A stretch of DNA of 64,000 nucleotides from Candidatus Kaiserbacteria bacterium (GTDB taxonomy: Bacteria; Patescibacteriota; Minisyncoccia; Phycocordibacterales; UBA2100), in NCBI GenBank assembly GCA_016432285.1, contig CP066682.1:288933-352932 (forward strand), read 5' to 3'. How positions within the stretch are numbered: the stretch's first letter is position 1; each line of letters starts with the position of its first letter. Below the pieces are notes generated by a model. It was not told where the DNA came from. It did no database searches and saw nothing but the letters and a program-made list of their open reading frames with translations. Position numbers and translations under genes: made by a program. This document shows positions 45,663 through 54,218 of this stretch, one piece after another.

Positions 45663-46919
45663 ATGAATTCCAGCTTGGCGCCTGAAGGCGCTCCCACGTT
45701 TTATCACCTCGGCATCGCGCCGAACGTCTTGGCGGTACTCGAGCGTCTCCGGTTCACCACGCCGACGCCGATCCAGCACCAGGCGATCCCGCTCGCGATC
45801 GAAGGCAAGGACATCGTCGGCATCGCACAAACGGGCACCGGAAAAACGCTGGCCTTCGGCGTGCCGACCATCCAGCATATTCTCGCCACCGGCGGTACCG
45901 GCCTCGTGCTCCTGCCTACGCGTGAGCTCGCGCTCCAGGTAGAGGAGACCTTCCACAAGGTGGGGCAGCCACTCGGGATCAAGACTGCGCTCTTGATCGG
46001 CGGAGCCTCGATGGGCCCGCAGCTCGCTGCCTTGAAGCGCAATCCGGATGTCGTGATCGCCACACCCGGCCGTCTCATCGATCACCTGGATAGCGGCACG
46101 ATCCGGCTTGGAGGCGTCTCGATCCTGATTCTCGACGAGGCTGACCGCATGCTCGACATGGGCTTTCTGCCGCAAATCCGGCGCATCCTCGCGGCGCTGA
46201 CGCCAGAGCGGCAGACCATGCTCTTTTCGGCGACGCTCTCGCCGGAGATCATGACGATCGCCACGAAAACGATGCGCCTGCCGCTTCGCATCGAGGTGGC
46301 TCCCTCCGGTACCACCGCAGAGCGCGTTACGCAGGAATTTTTTATGGTGCGAAAAGACGAGAAGCCGCGGCTCCTTGAAAAGATCTTGAGCGAGTATCGC
46401 GGCTCGACACTCGTTTTTACCCGCACGAAGCATGGCGCCAAAAAGATCACGCGGGTCGTCCGCTCCCTGGGGCACGAGGCGGCGGAGATCCACGGCAACC
46501 GCTCGCTGAATCAGCGCAGGGAAGCCCTCGAAGGATTTAAAACAGGGAAGTATCGCGTGCTCGTAGCCACCGACATCGCCGCGCGCGGCATCGACGTGCG
46601 CGGGATTGAGCTCGTGATCAACTACGACCTTCCCATGCAGGCAGCCGATTACGTGCACCGCATCGGCCGCACCGGACGAGCGGGCGCCGAAGGGCATGCG
46701 ATCTCCTTTGCGCTGCCGGACGAGCGACGCGATATACGCGACATCGAAAGGCTGGTCCGCAAGAGCGTCCCGATCTCACACCTTCCGGAGCTACCGCCCG
46801 CACGACAGGTCGTGCAGGAGCGGGAGCACGCTCCCCGGCAGTTGGGCCGCCGAGGACCCTCGCGCCCTCGGCGCTCTTTCGGCCGCTCGCGCCCTTCCGG
46901 TCGGCGCCCGCAATGGTAG
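45663..46919 (+). CDS. DEAD-box RNA helicase
   Basis: AQTGTGKT, PTRELA, DEAD, SAT and HRIGRTGRAG. Confidence 0.96.
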   Translation: MNSSLAPEGAPTFYHLGIAPNVLAVLERLRFTTPTPIQHQAIPLAIEGKDIVGIAQTGTGKTLAFGVPTIQHILATGGTGLVLLPTRELALQVEETFHKVGQPLGIKTALLIGGASMGPQLAALKRNPDVVIATPGRLIDHLDSGTIRLGGVSILILDEADRMLDMGFLPQIRRILAALTPERQTMLFSATLSPEIMTIATKTMRLPLRIEVAPSGTTAERVTQEFFMVRKDEKPRLLEKILSEYRGSTLVFTRTKHGAKKITRVVRSLGHEAAEIHGNRSLNQRREALEGFKTGKYRVLVATDIAARGIDVRGIELVINYDLPMQAADYVHRIGRTGRAGAEGHAISFALPDERRDIRDIERLVRKSVPISHLPELPPARQVVQEREHAPRQLGRRGPSRPRRSFGRSRPSGRRPQW

Positions 46920-46928
46920 AATCCTCCT

Positions 46929-47039
46929 ATGGCAAAACGACAAGCGGATATTCAGCGTAATAAGTCGCGTTCCCGGAAGACCAAGAAGCGCCTCGAAGCG
47001 AAGCGCATCATGCTCGAGAAGAAGGGTTACAAGTGGTAG
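46929..47039 (+). CDS. small basic protein (36 aa, absent from the ORF track)
   Basis: MAKRQADIQRNKSRSRKTKKRLEAKRIMLEKKGYKW fills the gap between co-oriented genes. Confidence 0.6.
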   Translation: MAKRQADIQRNKSRSRKTKKRLEAKRIMLEKKGYKW

Positions 47040-47042
47040 CCT

Positions 47043-47339
47043 GTGGCGAAGACTTTCAGGGTGAAATCCAGAGTGTGGCTCTATCCGGGCGAAGCAGCCT
47101 GGTATTTCGTCAACGTCGATAAGAAACAGTCTGAGAGAATCCGCGAGATGCAGGCCGGAAAAATGCGGAGGGGATTCGGCTCCGTGCATGTGAAGGCAAC
47201 GATCGGCAAGACGACCTGGAGCACATCGATTTTTCCCGACAAACAATCCGGCACCTACCTCCTGCCGCTGAAGGCGGCAGTCCGCCGTGCCGAGGGCCTC
47301 GACACCGGCGACCCGATCGCCTTCATTCTTGAGATTTAG
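47043..47339 (+). CDS. DUF1905 family protein
   Basis: W.F...GFGSVHVKATIGKTTWSTSIFP...YLLPLKAAVR. Confidence 0.85.
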   Translation: MAKTFRVKSRVWLYPGEAAWYFVNVDKKQSERIREMQAGKMRRGFGSVHVKATIGKTTWSTSIFPDKQSGTYLLPLKAAVRRAEGLDTGDPIAFILEI

Positions 47340-47479
47340 CCAACTCGAAAATCGAGTGTAGTATTTCTCTTGCAAAATAAGCGAGACGGAGACTAAATCT
47401 CGCTTGGCATTTCTTTATTTCGGGCGCTGACAATCGTGTATCGGAATTTCCGTACCTATGTCGCGGAGTAGTTGTTACT

Positions 47480-47764
47480 TCACCGGTTTGAATTGATCCA
47501 TTCCCATGTAGAAGCTTGCAGGTATCCGTAGTAATCGCCGCCCGACATTTTCATAACCATCAGCGAATCATTTGAATCCATGGCCTCTTTAATAAACTTG
47601 GCCAGTTGCTCTGAGGATTGGCTGCTTGAAATAAATCTGACGGAATCTAAACCAGGATCTTTTGTATTCGGGAACTGATCAATTTTCTTTAAAAGCCGAT
47701 CTCGCGCCGCGATGTAACCAGTCTTTTCCTTATTTAGGTCCCACGTCACGAAATACACGGCCAT
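47480..47764 (-). CDS. stand-alone Cas2/VapD-like ferredoxin-fold protein
   Basis: MAVYFVTWDL start, LDSVRFI, DSNDSLMV and WEWI; AT-rich. Confidence 0.6.
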   Translation of the reverse strand: MAVYFVTWDLNKEKTGYIAARDRLLKKIDQFPNTKDPGLDSVRFISSSQSSEQLAKFIKEAMDSNDSLMVMKMSGGDYYGYLQASTWEWINSNR

Positions 47765-47770
47765 AAGTAT

Positions 47771-48118
47771 CTAGATTATTTTGAAGAAGGCTTGGATTAA
47801 TATACCAATACCCGCAGTCACAATTAAACCCGCTATCCAAAAAATTGTCTTGACTCGCGAGCGATCTACGTACTCCCGAACTTCTTTGCCCGCAAGAGAT
47901 TTTACTTTCTCTATAAAGGACTCCTGACTCAGCAGATCTGCAAAGACCTCTTTTACGTCTTTCGCAAATTCCTTACTGTTGTGATGTTCGCTGCAAATTT
48001 CGAGCACTCTTTTTCGAAAATCCTCGTGTTTCCAAGCCTCTTTAGAAATGCTGTCGAATTTATCAAGATATTTGCTAGGTATGTCATCTTCTAGGCGTTT
48101 TTGATGCTCATCAGCCAT
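47771..48118 (-). CDS. helical protein with C-terminal TM
   Basis: AT-rich; charged helix then TIFWIAGLIVTAGIGILI. Confidence 0.65.
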   Translation of the reverse strand: MADEHQKRLEDDIPSKYLDKFDSISKEAWKHEDFRKRVLEICSEHHNSKEFAKDVKEVFADLLSQESFIEKVKSLAGKEVREYVDRSRVKTIFWIAGLIVTAGIGILIQAFFKII

Positions 48119-48129
48119 AGAGCCGAATG

Positions 48130-48360
48130 CTATTTTTGTTGGATTTTCGAAGGTCCAGGCTCATGTGCCTCGCCTTGTTTTTCCTTTGCTCTTTGTACAA
48201 ATGCAATTCCAACTTTTACTACTTCGAGTGGATCGTCGCTCCCAATAAATTTTTTCAACGATTCCAATTGTTCAAGTGCTCCATTTGTGAAAGAAACTGT
48301 GAGTGCATCTTTCTTCGCGCCTCCCTCAACGACCTCTTCTTTTTTACTTGTTATCGCCAT
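48130..48360 (-). CDS. small putative ribbon-helix-helix DNA-binding protein
   Basis: LTVSFTNGALEQLESLKKF...DPLEVVKVGIAFV. Confidence 0.55.
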   Translation of the reverse strand: MAITSKKEEVVEGGAKKDALTVSFTNGALEQLESLKKFIGSDDPLEVVKVGIAFVQRAKEKQGEAHEPGPSKIQQK

Positions 48361-48496
48361 AGCAGTGCATCGTTGATGAATAATACTACAAAACTTGAAT
48401 ACAACTAGATCAAAGTAGAGCCACGACGGCATGAAGGGACCCTTAAGACGGCGGGACACGTCATGCATTATTTTCTGATCGCCAATCCGTCCTTGT

Positions 48497-48652
48497 TTAC
48501 TGCTCCGAAGCGCCGGTGAGGTTGATTTGGAGGCCGTTCTGTTCTTCCTTCGGAGCTCCCGGCCCGTAGGTGGTGTACCAGTACGCACCGGCTGCCACGA
48601 TGACGAGGAGGATAACGACGAGTAGGATCGTATTAACGCCGCTGTTGTTCAT
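48497..48652 (-). CDS. small single-TM protein
   Basis: MNNSGVNTILLVVILLVIVAAGAYWY...GLQINL. Confidence 0.65.
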   Translation of the reverse strand: MNNSGVNTILLVVILLVIVAAGAYWYTTYGPGAPKEEQNGLQINLTGASEQ

Positions 48653-48795
48653 AGAAAAAAGCTTATTGCTATCGTTCAAGCATAGCATTCGTTCATTCCC
48701 TGCTTATCGGAAAGGGGGACAGTAAAGCGCTCGGCATCTCTCGCACCTAAGGCGTAGTTCGTCGGCCGAGTTTCGGAGACTGCTATGATGGGACG

Positions 48796-49284
48796 ATGAG
48801 ACTCGTTCCGGCGCACCTGCGGAATTTTGTGTTCGGCGTGGAAGATAGTCTCGTCTCCACCGTAGGACTCCTCTCGGGAATCGCGATCGCGGGCGTGGAG
48901 CGCGAGACGATTTTCCTCACTGGTGTCGTCCTCGTTTTCGTAGAAGCGGTCTCCATGGCGGCCGGCAGCTTCCTCTCCGAAGTGTCGGCGGAAGAGTACG
49001 AGGGCGGGAGGGGCGTCGGCCAGCGACAATCTCTTTTTTCCGGCCTCATCATGTTTGGTTCGTACCTGATCGCAGGCTTCATTCCCATTTTCCCGTACAC
49101 CTTCCTCGAAGGTACTCGCGCCTTCGCTTCCTCGATCATGCTGTCGGTTGCCGCACTTTTCGTACTCGGCGCTTGGAGCGGCGTGCTCTCCCGAAGCGGG
49201 TTGATACGCGGCGCGCTGCGCATGGCGGTCGTGGGCGGAGTCGCAATCGCGGTCGGCGTTGGAGTCGGCACTTTCATAAGCTGA
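48796..49284 (+). CDS. VIT1/CCC1 family transporter
   Basis: RNFVFGVEDSLVST, SMAAGSFLSE and GFIPIFPY. Confidence 0.88.
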   Translation: MRLVPAHLRNFVFGVEDSLVSTVGLLSGIAIAGVERETIFLTGVVLVFVEAVSMAAGSFLSEVSAEEYEGGRGVGQRQSLFSGLIMFGSYLIAGFIPIFPYTFLEGTRAFASSIMLSVAALFVLGAWSGVLSRSGLIRGALRMAVVGGVAIAVGVGVGTFIS

Positions 49285-49838
49285 TGACGAGACGAACCCT
49301 TCTTTTCGTCGGAATACCTCTTGCCGTACAGGCGGCCGTACTCTTTTCTTTGGGGCAGCCATGGATATGCGAATGCGGATTCGTGAGGGTGTGGGAGGGG
49401 GCAGTTCTCGGCGCCGGCAACTCGCAGCACCTCACTGATTGGTACACCTTCAGCCACATCATCCACGGTTTCGTTTTCTACAGCATTCTCTGGTATTTCT
49501 TCCCGCGCCTTTCCGTGCGGCAGCGGCTTCTCATCGCGACGGCGGTCGAAGCGAGTTGGGAGATCCTCGAAAATACGCCTGCGGTGATCGAGTACTATCG
49601 GCAACAAGCGCTCGCGCAGGGCTACGTGGGCGACAGCATCCTGAATTCCATCACGGACACACTTGCCATGATCGCCGGTTTCCTTGCAGCGTGGCGACTC
49701 CCTGTATGGAGTGTCGTCGCGCTTTCGCTCGCAATGGAAATATTTGTCGGCTGGTCGATACGAGACAATCTCACACTCAATATTCTCGGCTTTTTCTGGC
49801 AGCCGGAATTCATCAGCACGTGGCAGTCGGGAGGGTGA
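49284..49838 (+). CDS. DUF2585 family membrane protein
   Basis: ICECG, SQHLTDWYTFSHIIHG, WEILEN, GDSILNS and IRDNLTLN. Confidence 0.88.
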   Translation: MTRRTLLFVGIPLAVQAAVLFSLGQPWICECGFVRVWEGAVLGAGNSQHLTDWYTFSHIIHGFVFYSILWYFFPRLSVRQRLLIATAVEASWEILENTPAVIEYYRQQALAQGYVGDSILNSITDTLAMIAGFLAAWRLPVWSVVALSLAMEIFVGWSIRDNLTLNILGFFWQPEFISTWQSGG

Positions 49839-49889
49839 GAGCTGTGCATAACTGGCTCGCCGCCTCTTTTTAGTGCGTACACTATTTGT

Positions 49890-50060
49890 ATGGCAAAGAA
49901 TGGTCGGAAGGGGCGCGGAAGGAAGGGCACGGTAAAAAGCCGTTCGCAGGTCTTGAGTTCCCGCAACAAACGCTGGACCAAGGTGAGCGGCAAGACCGGA
50001 CGCTTTATCGATCAGATGGCGCGCAAGGGCAAGGCCTTCAAGGGCGTCCGCATGAAGTAG
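49890..50060 (+). CDS. small basic protein (56 aa, absent from the ORF track)
   Basis: MAKNGRKGRGRKGTVKSRSQ...RWTK...TGRFIDQ...FKGVRMK. Confidence 0.7.
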   Translation: MAKNGRKGRGRKGTVKSRSQVLSSRNKRWTKVSGKTGRFIDQMARKGKAFKGVRMK

Positions 50061-50102
50061 GCTTCACGCCTCCTTCAAGCGGCGCACTATCACAATAACT
50101 GT

Positions 50103-50678
50103 ATGTCGACCGAGAAGCTTTTCGCCGCTCTTTTCGCGGTCGTCGTTGTTGTCGGCGCGATCTATTTTCTCTCTCCCGCTTCGCAAGACGGCAGCGGCGT
50201 GAGCGCGACCAGTACGCCGCGGATGGTGAACTACACGTCGGAGGCAATGGGCGTTTCTTTCAGCTACCCGGATACCTATATCGTCGACGAAAAAGACGTC
50301 AGCACGCCGGAGCGTTCTCGGCATTCGATTGTGTTGATCCGCACAGACGACTTGCCGCTTCCGCAAAACGGCGAGGGACCGACGGCGATCACGATCGACG
50401 CGTTCCAGAACGACCTTGAGAGCTTGGACTCACGCACCTGGATCACGGGTACCAACGACTCGAATTACAAACTCTCTCCCGATGGAACGATTTCGACCGG
50501 TACACTCGCGGGGCTCTCTGCTCTCAGTTTCCGCTGGTCGGGGCTCTACGAGGGGCGCACGACGGTGGTGGCAGAGCCAGCTTTTGTGTACGCACTCAGC
50601 GTTACGTACCTCACACCGGAAGATGAGATACTCGACGACTTCGACGCGCTCCTTAAAACCGTCCGTTTTACGCAGTAG
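50103..50678 (+). CDS. exported PsbP-like hypothetical protein
   Basis: N-terminal TM; GVSFSYP...FDALLKTVRF. Confidence 0.75.
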   Translation: MSTEKLFAALFAVVVVVGAIYFLSPASQDGSGVSATSTPRMVNYTSEAMGVSFSYPDTYIVDEKDVSTPERSRHSIVLIRTDDLPLPQNGEGPTAITIDAFQNDLESLDSRTWITGTNDSNYKLSPDGTISTGTLAGLSALSFRWSGLYEGRTTVVAEPAFVYALSVTYLTPEDEILDDFDALLKTVRFTQ

Positions 50679-50701
50679 CAAATTCGCGCTACGCTGGGGC
50701 T

Positions 50702-50935
50702 ATGGACGACTTCCTCAAGATGGACATCTTTTTTGTGGTGACGACGCTCGTCGTGCTCGCCTTTGGAGTCGTGTTTGGATTCATACTGGTGCGCATCTAC
50801 CGGATTCTTGGGTATCTCGAAGAGATCTCGAAGGAGCTCTCGGCAGAAGCAAAAGATATTCGCTCCGACGTGCAGGAAGTGCGCGCTTCGGTGCGCACGT
50901 TTCTTCAGCGTATATTCAGACGGCGCGCCAAATAA
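50702..50935 (+). CDS. small TM/coiled-coil protein
   Basis: MDIFFVVTT TM followed by an amphipathic helix. Confidence 0.7.
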   Translation: MDDFLKMDIFFVVTTLVVLAFGVVFGFILVRIYRILGYLEEISKELSAEAKDIRSDVQEVRASVRTFLQRIFRRRAK

Positions 50936-50942
50936 TCCGCGT

Positions 50943-51023
50943 ATGGCAGATCGGCGAAAGATTGCACTCGGCGTGGGGGCGGGCGTACTGGCGGCCGCTG
51001 GCGCGGCCGCGGGCCACTATTAA
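50943..51023 (+). pseudogene. truncated Gly/Ala-TM protein remnant
   Basis: MADRRKIALGVGAGVLAAAGAAAGHY then stop. Confidence 0.4.
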
Positions 51024-51031
51024 AGAGCTCT

Positions 51032-51964
51032 ATGTTCCGGATCGCTCGCGCCCTCGTCCTTTTGATACTTCTTGCCGGTGGCGCATTCTACTTCCGCGCG
51101 GAGCTCACCACGGTGGCTGCCCAGCTCGCTGCAAGGTACGCTCCTTGCGCGAGTCCGATTCGCTACTCTATCGAAACGTTTGACGAGCGCTTCGATATTT
51201 CACGCGAGGATTTCGAGGCGGCGATCGCCGATGCGGAAGCGATTTGGGAGAAAAGCTCCGGCCGGGACCTTTTTGCCAACGATCCCTCGGGTACCCTGAA
51301 GATCAATCTTTTGTACGATTCGCGGCAGGCCACCACCGAGCGCCTCCAGGATCTGGGCCTCGAAGTGGACGACACGCGCTCCTCGTACGACCAGCTGAAG
51401 GATCGATACGACACGCTCCGAGCCGGGTACGAGGCGAGAGTGCGTGCCTTCGAAAGCGCGTATGCGCAGTTTCAGAAAGACCAGGCCGCATACAACAGGG
51501 AGGTGGCGTACTGGAACGGCCGCGGCGGCGCGCCGGAAAGCGAATATCAAAAATTGCAGAAGGAAAAACTGGAGCTGGCCAACCGCTCTGCCGCGCTCCA
51601 AACACAGCAAGCCTTGGTGAGTGCCGATGTCGATGACATCAACGCGCTTGCGGACGCACTCAATCATGCCGCGCGGGCACTGAATCTCGACATTGCAGAG
51701 TACAACTCGGTGAGCCGGACCACGGGCGACGAGTTTGAGGAAGCGGTGTACATAAGTTCGCCCGGCTCGCACCGGATCGACGTATACGAGTTTGGCAGCT
51801 ACTCAAAGCTCGTGCGTGTTTTGGCGCACGAGCTCGGGCACGCGCTCGGGCTTGACCACATCGACGACGAGAGCGCGATCATGTACCGCGTGAATCAGAG
51901 TACCAACGAGCGTGCCACTGCCGCCGACCTTGCCGAGCTGGATCGCGTGTGCGTCGCGAAGTAA
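51032..51964 (+). CDS. matrixin-family (metzincin) metalloprotease with coiled-coil insert
   Basis: HELGHALGLDH followed by SAIMY Met-turn. Confidence 0.88.
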   Translation: MFRIARALVLLILLAGGAFYFRAELTTVAAQLAARYAPCASPIRYSIETFDERFDISREDFEAAIADAEAIWEKSSGRDLFANDPSGTLKINLLYDSRQATTERLQDLGLEVDDTRSSYDQLKDRYDTLRAGYEARVRAFESAYAQFQKDQAAYNREVAYWNGRGGAPESEYQKLQKEKLELANRSAALQTQQALVSADVDDINALADALNHAARALNLDIAEYNSVSRTTGDEFEEAVYISSPGSHRIDVYEFGSYSKLVRVLAHELGHALGLDHIDDESAIMYRVNQSTNERATAADLAELDRVCVAK

Positions 51965-52058
51965 TTTGACTTCCACGCTCCGGAGGCGCTTACTGTATCG
52001 GGATCTGCACACTGGTACGTGCAGGGTACCGCACACACATTTCGTGGAGGATACGAAG

Positions 52059-52301
52059 ATGACAGGCAAGTGCGAGGCGCAACGCGAAACGGGAGTGATC
52101 GTTCGCTCGAACGGTCGCGCCTACGTGAAGAACGACGCCGGGACGTTCCCAGTCGACGACGGCGACCAACGCTTCAAGGATTTGAATCCGGGTGACGGCG
52201 AGAATGTTTCGTTCTTGTTCAACCGCTTCCGCGAGGCGTGGGACATCCGCGCGATGCACGCGGCACCGCTCGCAAGTTCAAGGTTGACCGCGCATTCGTG
52301 A
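52059..52301 (+). CDS. small hypothetical protein (possible OB/cold-shock-like fold)
   Basis: GGAGG SD; TGVI..GRAYV...LNPGDGENVSF...AWDI. Confidence 0.5.
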   Translation: MTGKCEAQRETGVIVRSNGRAYVKNDAGTFPVDDGDQRFKDLNPGDGENVSFLFNRFREAWDIRAMHAAPLASSRLTAHS

Positions 52302-52345
52302 ACAGTTTCTTCGGCCGCAACTGATCACAGGCGTGAGGCGCACTG

Positions 52346-52383
52346 CGCGCGGGTCGTACGTACGACCTGCGCGTTTCTATTTT
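52346..52383 (+). terminator. intrinsic terminator
   Basis: CGCGCGGGTCGTA-CG-TACGACCTGCGCG followed by a T-rich tract. Confidence 0.65.
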
Positions 52384-52459
52384 CAGAAATTCTTCACCAA
52401 GGAGGCGCGACAATGGCCCGACAGGTCGAGTTTTAATCGACTTATTTTTTTATCGCACT

Positions 52460-52597
52460 ATGAACAAGGATCACGATCACGACAAATCGCAGCAGCAGCG
52501 CGACGCAGAAGAGATGCAGAGCGATATGCGAGGCGAGCAGCGACAGGAGGACACGAGCGCCCGCAAAGAGGAAGACGACCAAAAGGAGGGCATGTAG
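52460..52597 (+). CDS. small acidic hydrophilic protein (45 aa)
   Basis: MNKDHDHDKSQQQRDAEEMQSDM... after an AT-rich leader, followed by a hairpin. Confidence 0.5.
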   Translation: MNKDHDHDKSQQQRDAEEMQSDMRGEQRQEDTSARKEEDDQKEGM

Positions 52598-52603
52598 TAA
52601 GAT

Positions 52604-52637
52604 GCGGGAACGATACGCAGGAGCGTATCGTTCCCGC
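52604..52637. repeat. 15-bp perfect hairpin
   Basis: GCGGGAACGATACGC-AGGA-GCGTATCGTTCCCGC. Confidence 0.8.
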
Positions 52638-52667
52638 TGCGGCGGGTCTTTACGCAAACTTTTGTAT

Positions 52668-53204
52668 ATGAACCTGACCCAACGAATTGTTGCCGGAGTC
52701 GCCGTCCTTGCGGTTGTGGCGGCAGTGGCCTATCTGGCCTTCTTCCGCAACGGCACCTCGCACGAGACGGCGCGATACACCAACGATACCTACGGATACA
52801 CGTTCGAACACCCGGTGGAAGACGAGGTACGAGCCGAGAGTCCCGAGCACCTCATCGTGAGCGAGCCGGGCGATGGGAGCGAGACGTATGTCCATGTCGC
52901 CGAAGGATCCGATTCCGATTTTGAAAGCTTCGCTGGGCAAGCGGCCCGCGGTACGTGCGGTGAGTGTGGAGAGGTGGCGGCGCTTCAGCCGTTTACCTCC
53001 ACGAGAGGACTCGGAGGAGTCATCTTTTATCTCTTGATTACGGGGAGCGACGGCGAGTATCGCGGCCCGTTTTTTGCGTACGACATTTCTTCGCCCGGTA
53101 CCACTCGCGCACTGCTCGTGTACGGCACCAGCGGCTCGGAAGAGGATCCGCTTTCGGTCGGGCTCATCGCTGATTCGATCGAAATTCAGGAAGCGGAAGG
53201 TTGA
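52668..53204 (+). CDS. exported hypothetical protein
   Basis: N-terminal TM; YTNDTYGYTFEHP. Confidence 0.7.
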   Translation: MNLTQRIVAGVAVLAVVAAVAYLAFFRNGTSHETARYTNDTYGYTFEHPVEDEVRAESPEHLIVSEPGDGSETYVHVAEGSDSDFESFAGQAARGTCGECGEVAALQPFTSTRGLGGVIFYLLITGSDGEYRGPFFAYDISSPGTTRALLVYGTSGSEEDPLSVGLIADSIEIQEAEG

Positions 53205-53321
53205 AATAGCGGGCCGGCGCATCCGTCATCACGCGTAAGCGGCGATTCACTCCCGCTTCACTCCGGCGGCGTTTAAATTGCTACGGTCGGTGATTAGACG
53301 CTAATCATCCAGTAAACCGTT

Positions 53322-53534
53322 ATGACACCACGAAAGTTGATAAGCGCTGCGGCGCTTTCGCTTCTTTTTGCGGCAGGTGCGGTGAGCGCGCAGACCACGA
53401 GTACGACCACGCCCGGTACTCCAAATACCGGCCTTGGCGGTGACTTCGCTCAAAATGCAATCGTGCTTGCGACGACAGGAGCCGTCGCGATCGCAGGCAT
53501 CGCGTACCTCGCACGCCGGACAAGAAGCGTATAG
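53322..53534 (+). CDS. minimal sortase substrate
   Basis: signal peptide, TPNTG, TM and basic tail RRTR; adjacent to a sortase. Confidence 0.75.
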   Translation: MTPRKLISAAALSLLFAAGAVSAQTTSTTTPGTPNTGLGGDFAQNAIVLATTGAVAIAGIAYLARRTRSV

Positions 53535-53582
53535 GATTTCAGGCAGCGAGCCCTGTGGGCTCGCTGCCTCCTCCGCATTCGT

Positions 53583-54185
53583 ATGCAGCAATCACGCACA
53601 ACTACCGTCGTCATCGGCATTATCACGATAGCGGCTATCGTTACCTTCGGCGCGACGCTCGCGAGGGCGCTTTGGTATTCGCCCGATACCGAAGTGGACA
53701 TTCCCTCCACCGGACAGGCGATCACGCCCGCATCTCCCGAAGCATATCCCGCGCGGCTTGAAATTCCGTCGCTTGATATTGATGCGGCGGTGCAGTACGT
53801 GGGTATCAACGCAAAGGGCAACATGGCCAACCCATCGAATTTCACCGACGTCGGCTGGTACAAGGGCGGGACGGTGCCCGGCAGCGTGGGGAGCGCTGTC
53901 ATGGCGGGGCATCTCGACAACGCACTCGCGCTCGATGGCGTATTCAAACGTCTCAAGGAACTCAAGGCGGGCGATTCCATGTATGTAACGACCGTCGGCG
54001 GGGAGAAGCTCCGTTTCGTGGTGCAGGAAGCGAGCGTCTACAACTACCTCCAGGCTCCGGTCGAGCGCATTTTCAAACGGGCCGACCGGGCGCGCCTCAA
54101 CCTCATTACGTGCGAGGGGGAGTGGATCAAAAGTGACAAAACGTACGACGAGCGGCGAGTCGTGTATGCGGTACTCGCATCGTAG
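53583..54185 (+). CDS. class F sortase
   Basis: PARLEIPSL, VGWY, AVMAGHLD, LNLITC and RRVVYA. Confidence 0.9.
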   Translation: MQQSRTTTVVIGIITIAAIVTFGATLARALWYSPDTEVDIPSTGQAITPASPEAYPARLEIPSLDIDAAVQYVGINAKGNMANPSNFTDVGWYKGGTVPGSVGSAVMAGHLDNALALDGVFKRLKELKAGDSMYVTTVGGEKLRFVVQEASVYNYLQAPVERIFKRADRARLNLITCEGEWIKSDKTYDERRVVYAVLAS

Positions 54186-54218
54186 CCCGTGCCGGCCAAA
54201 ACGGCTATACTGCCCGCA

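Noticed and set aside
47340-48500. CRISPR-Cas locus suggested by the Cas2-like ORF
   Set aside because: No repeat-spacer array, cas1 or other cas genes were seen in the window.
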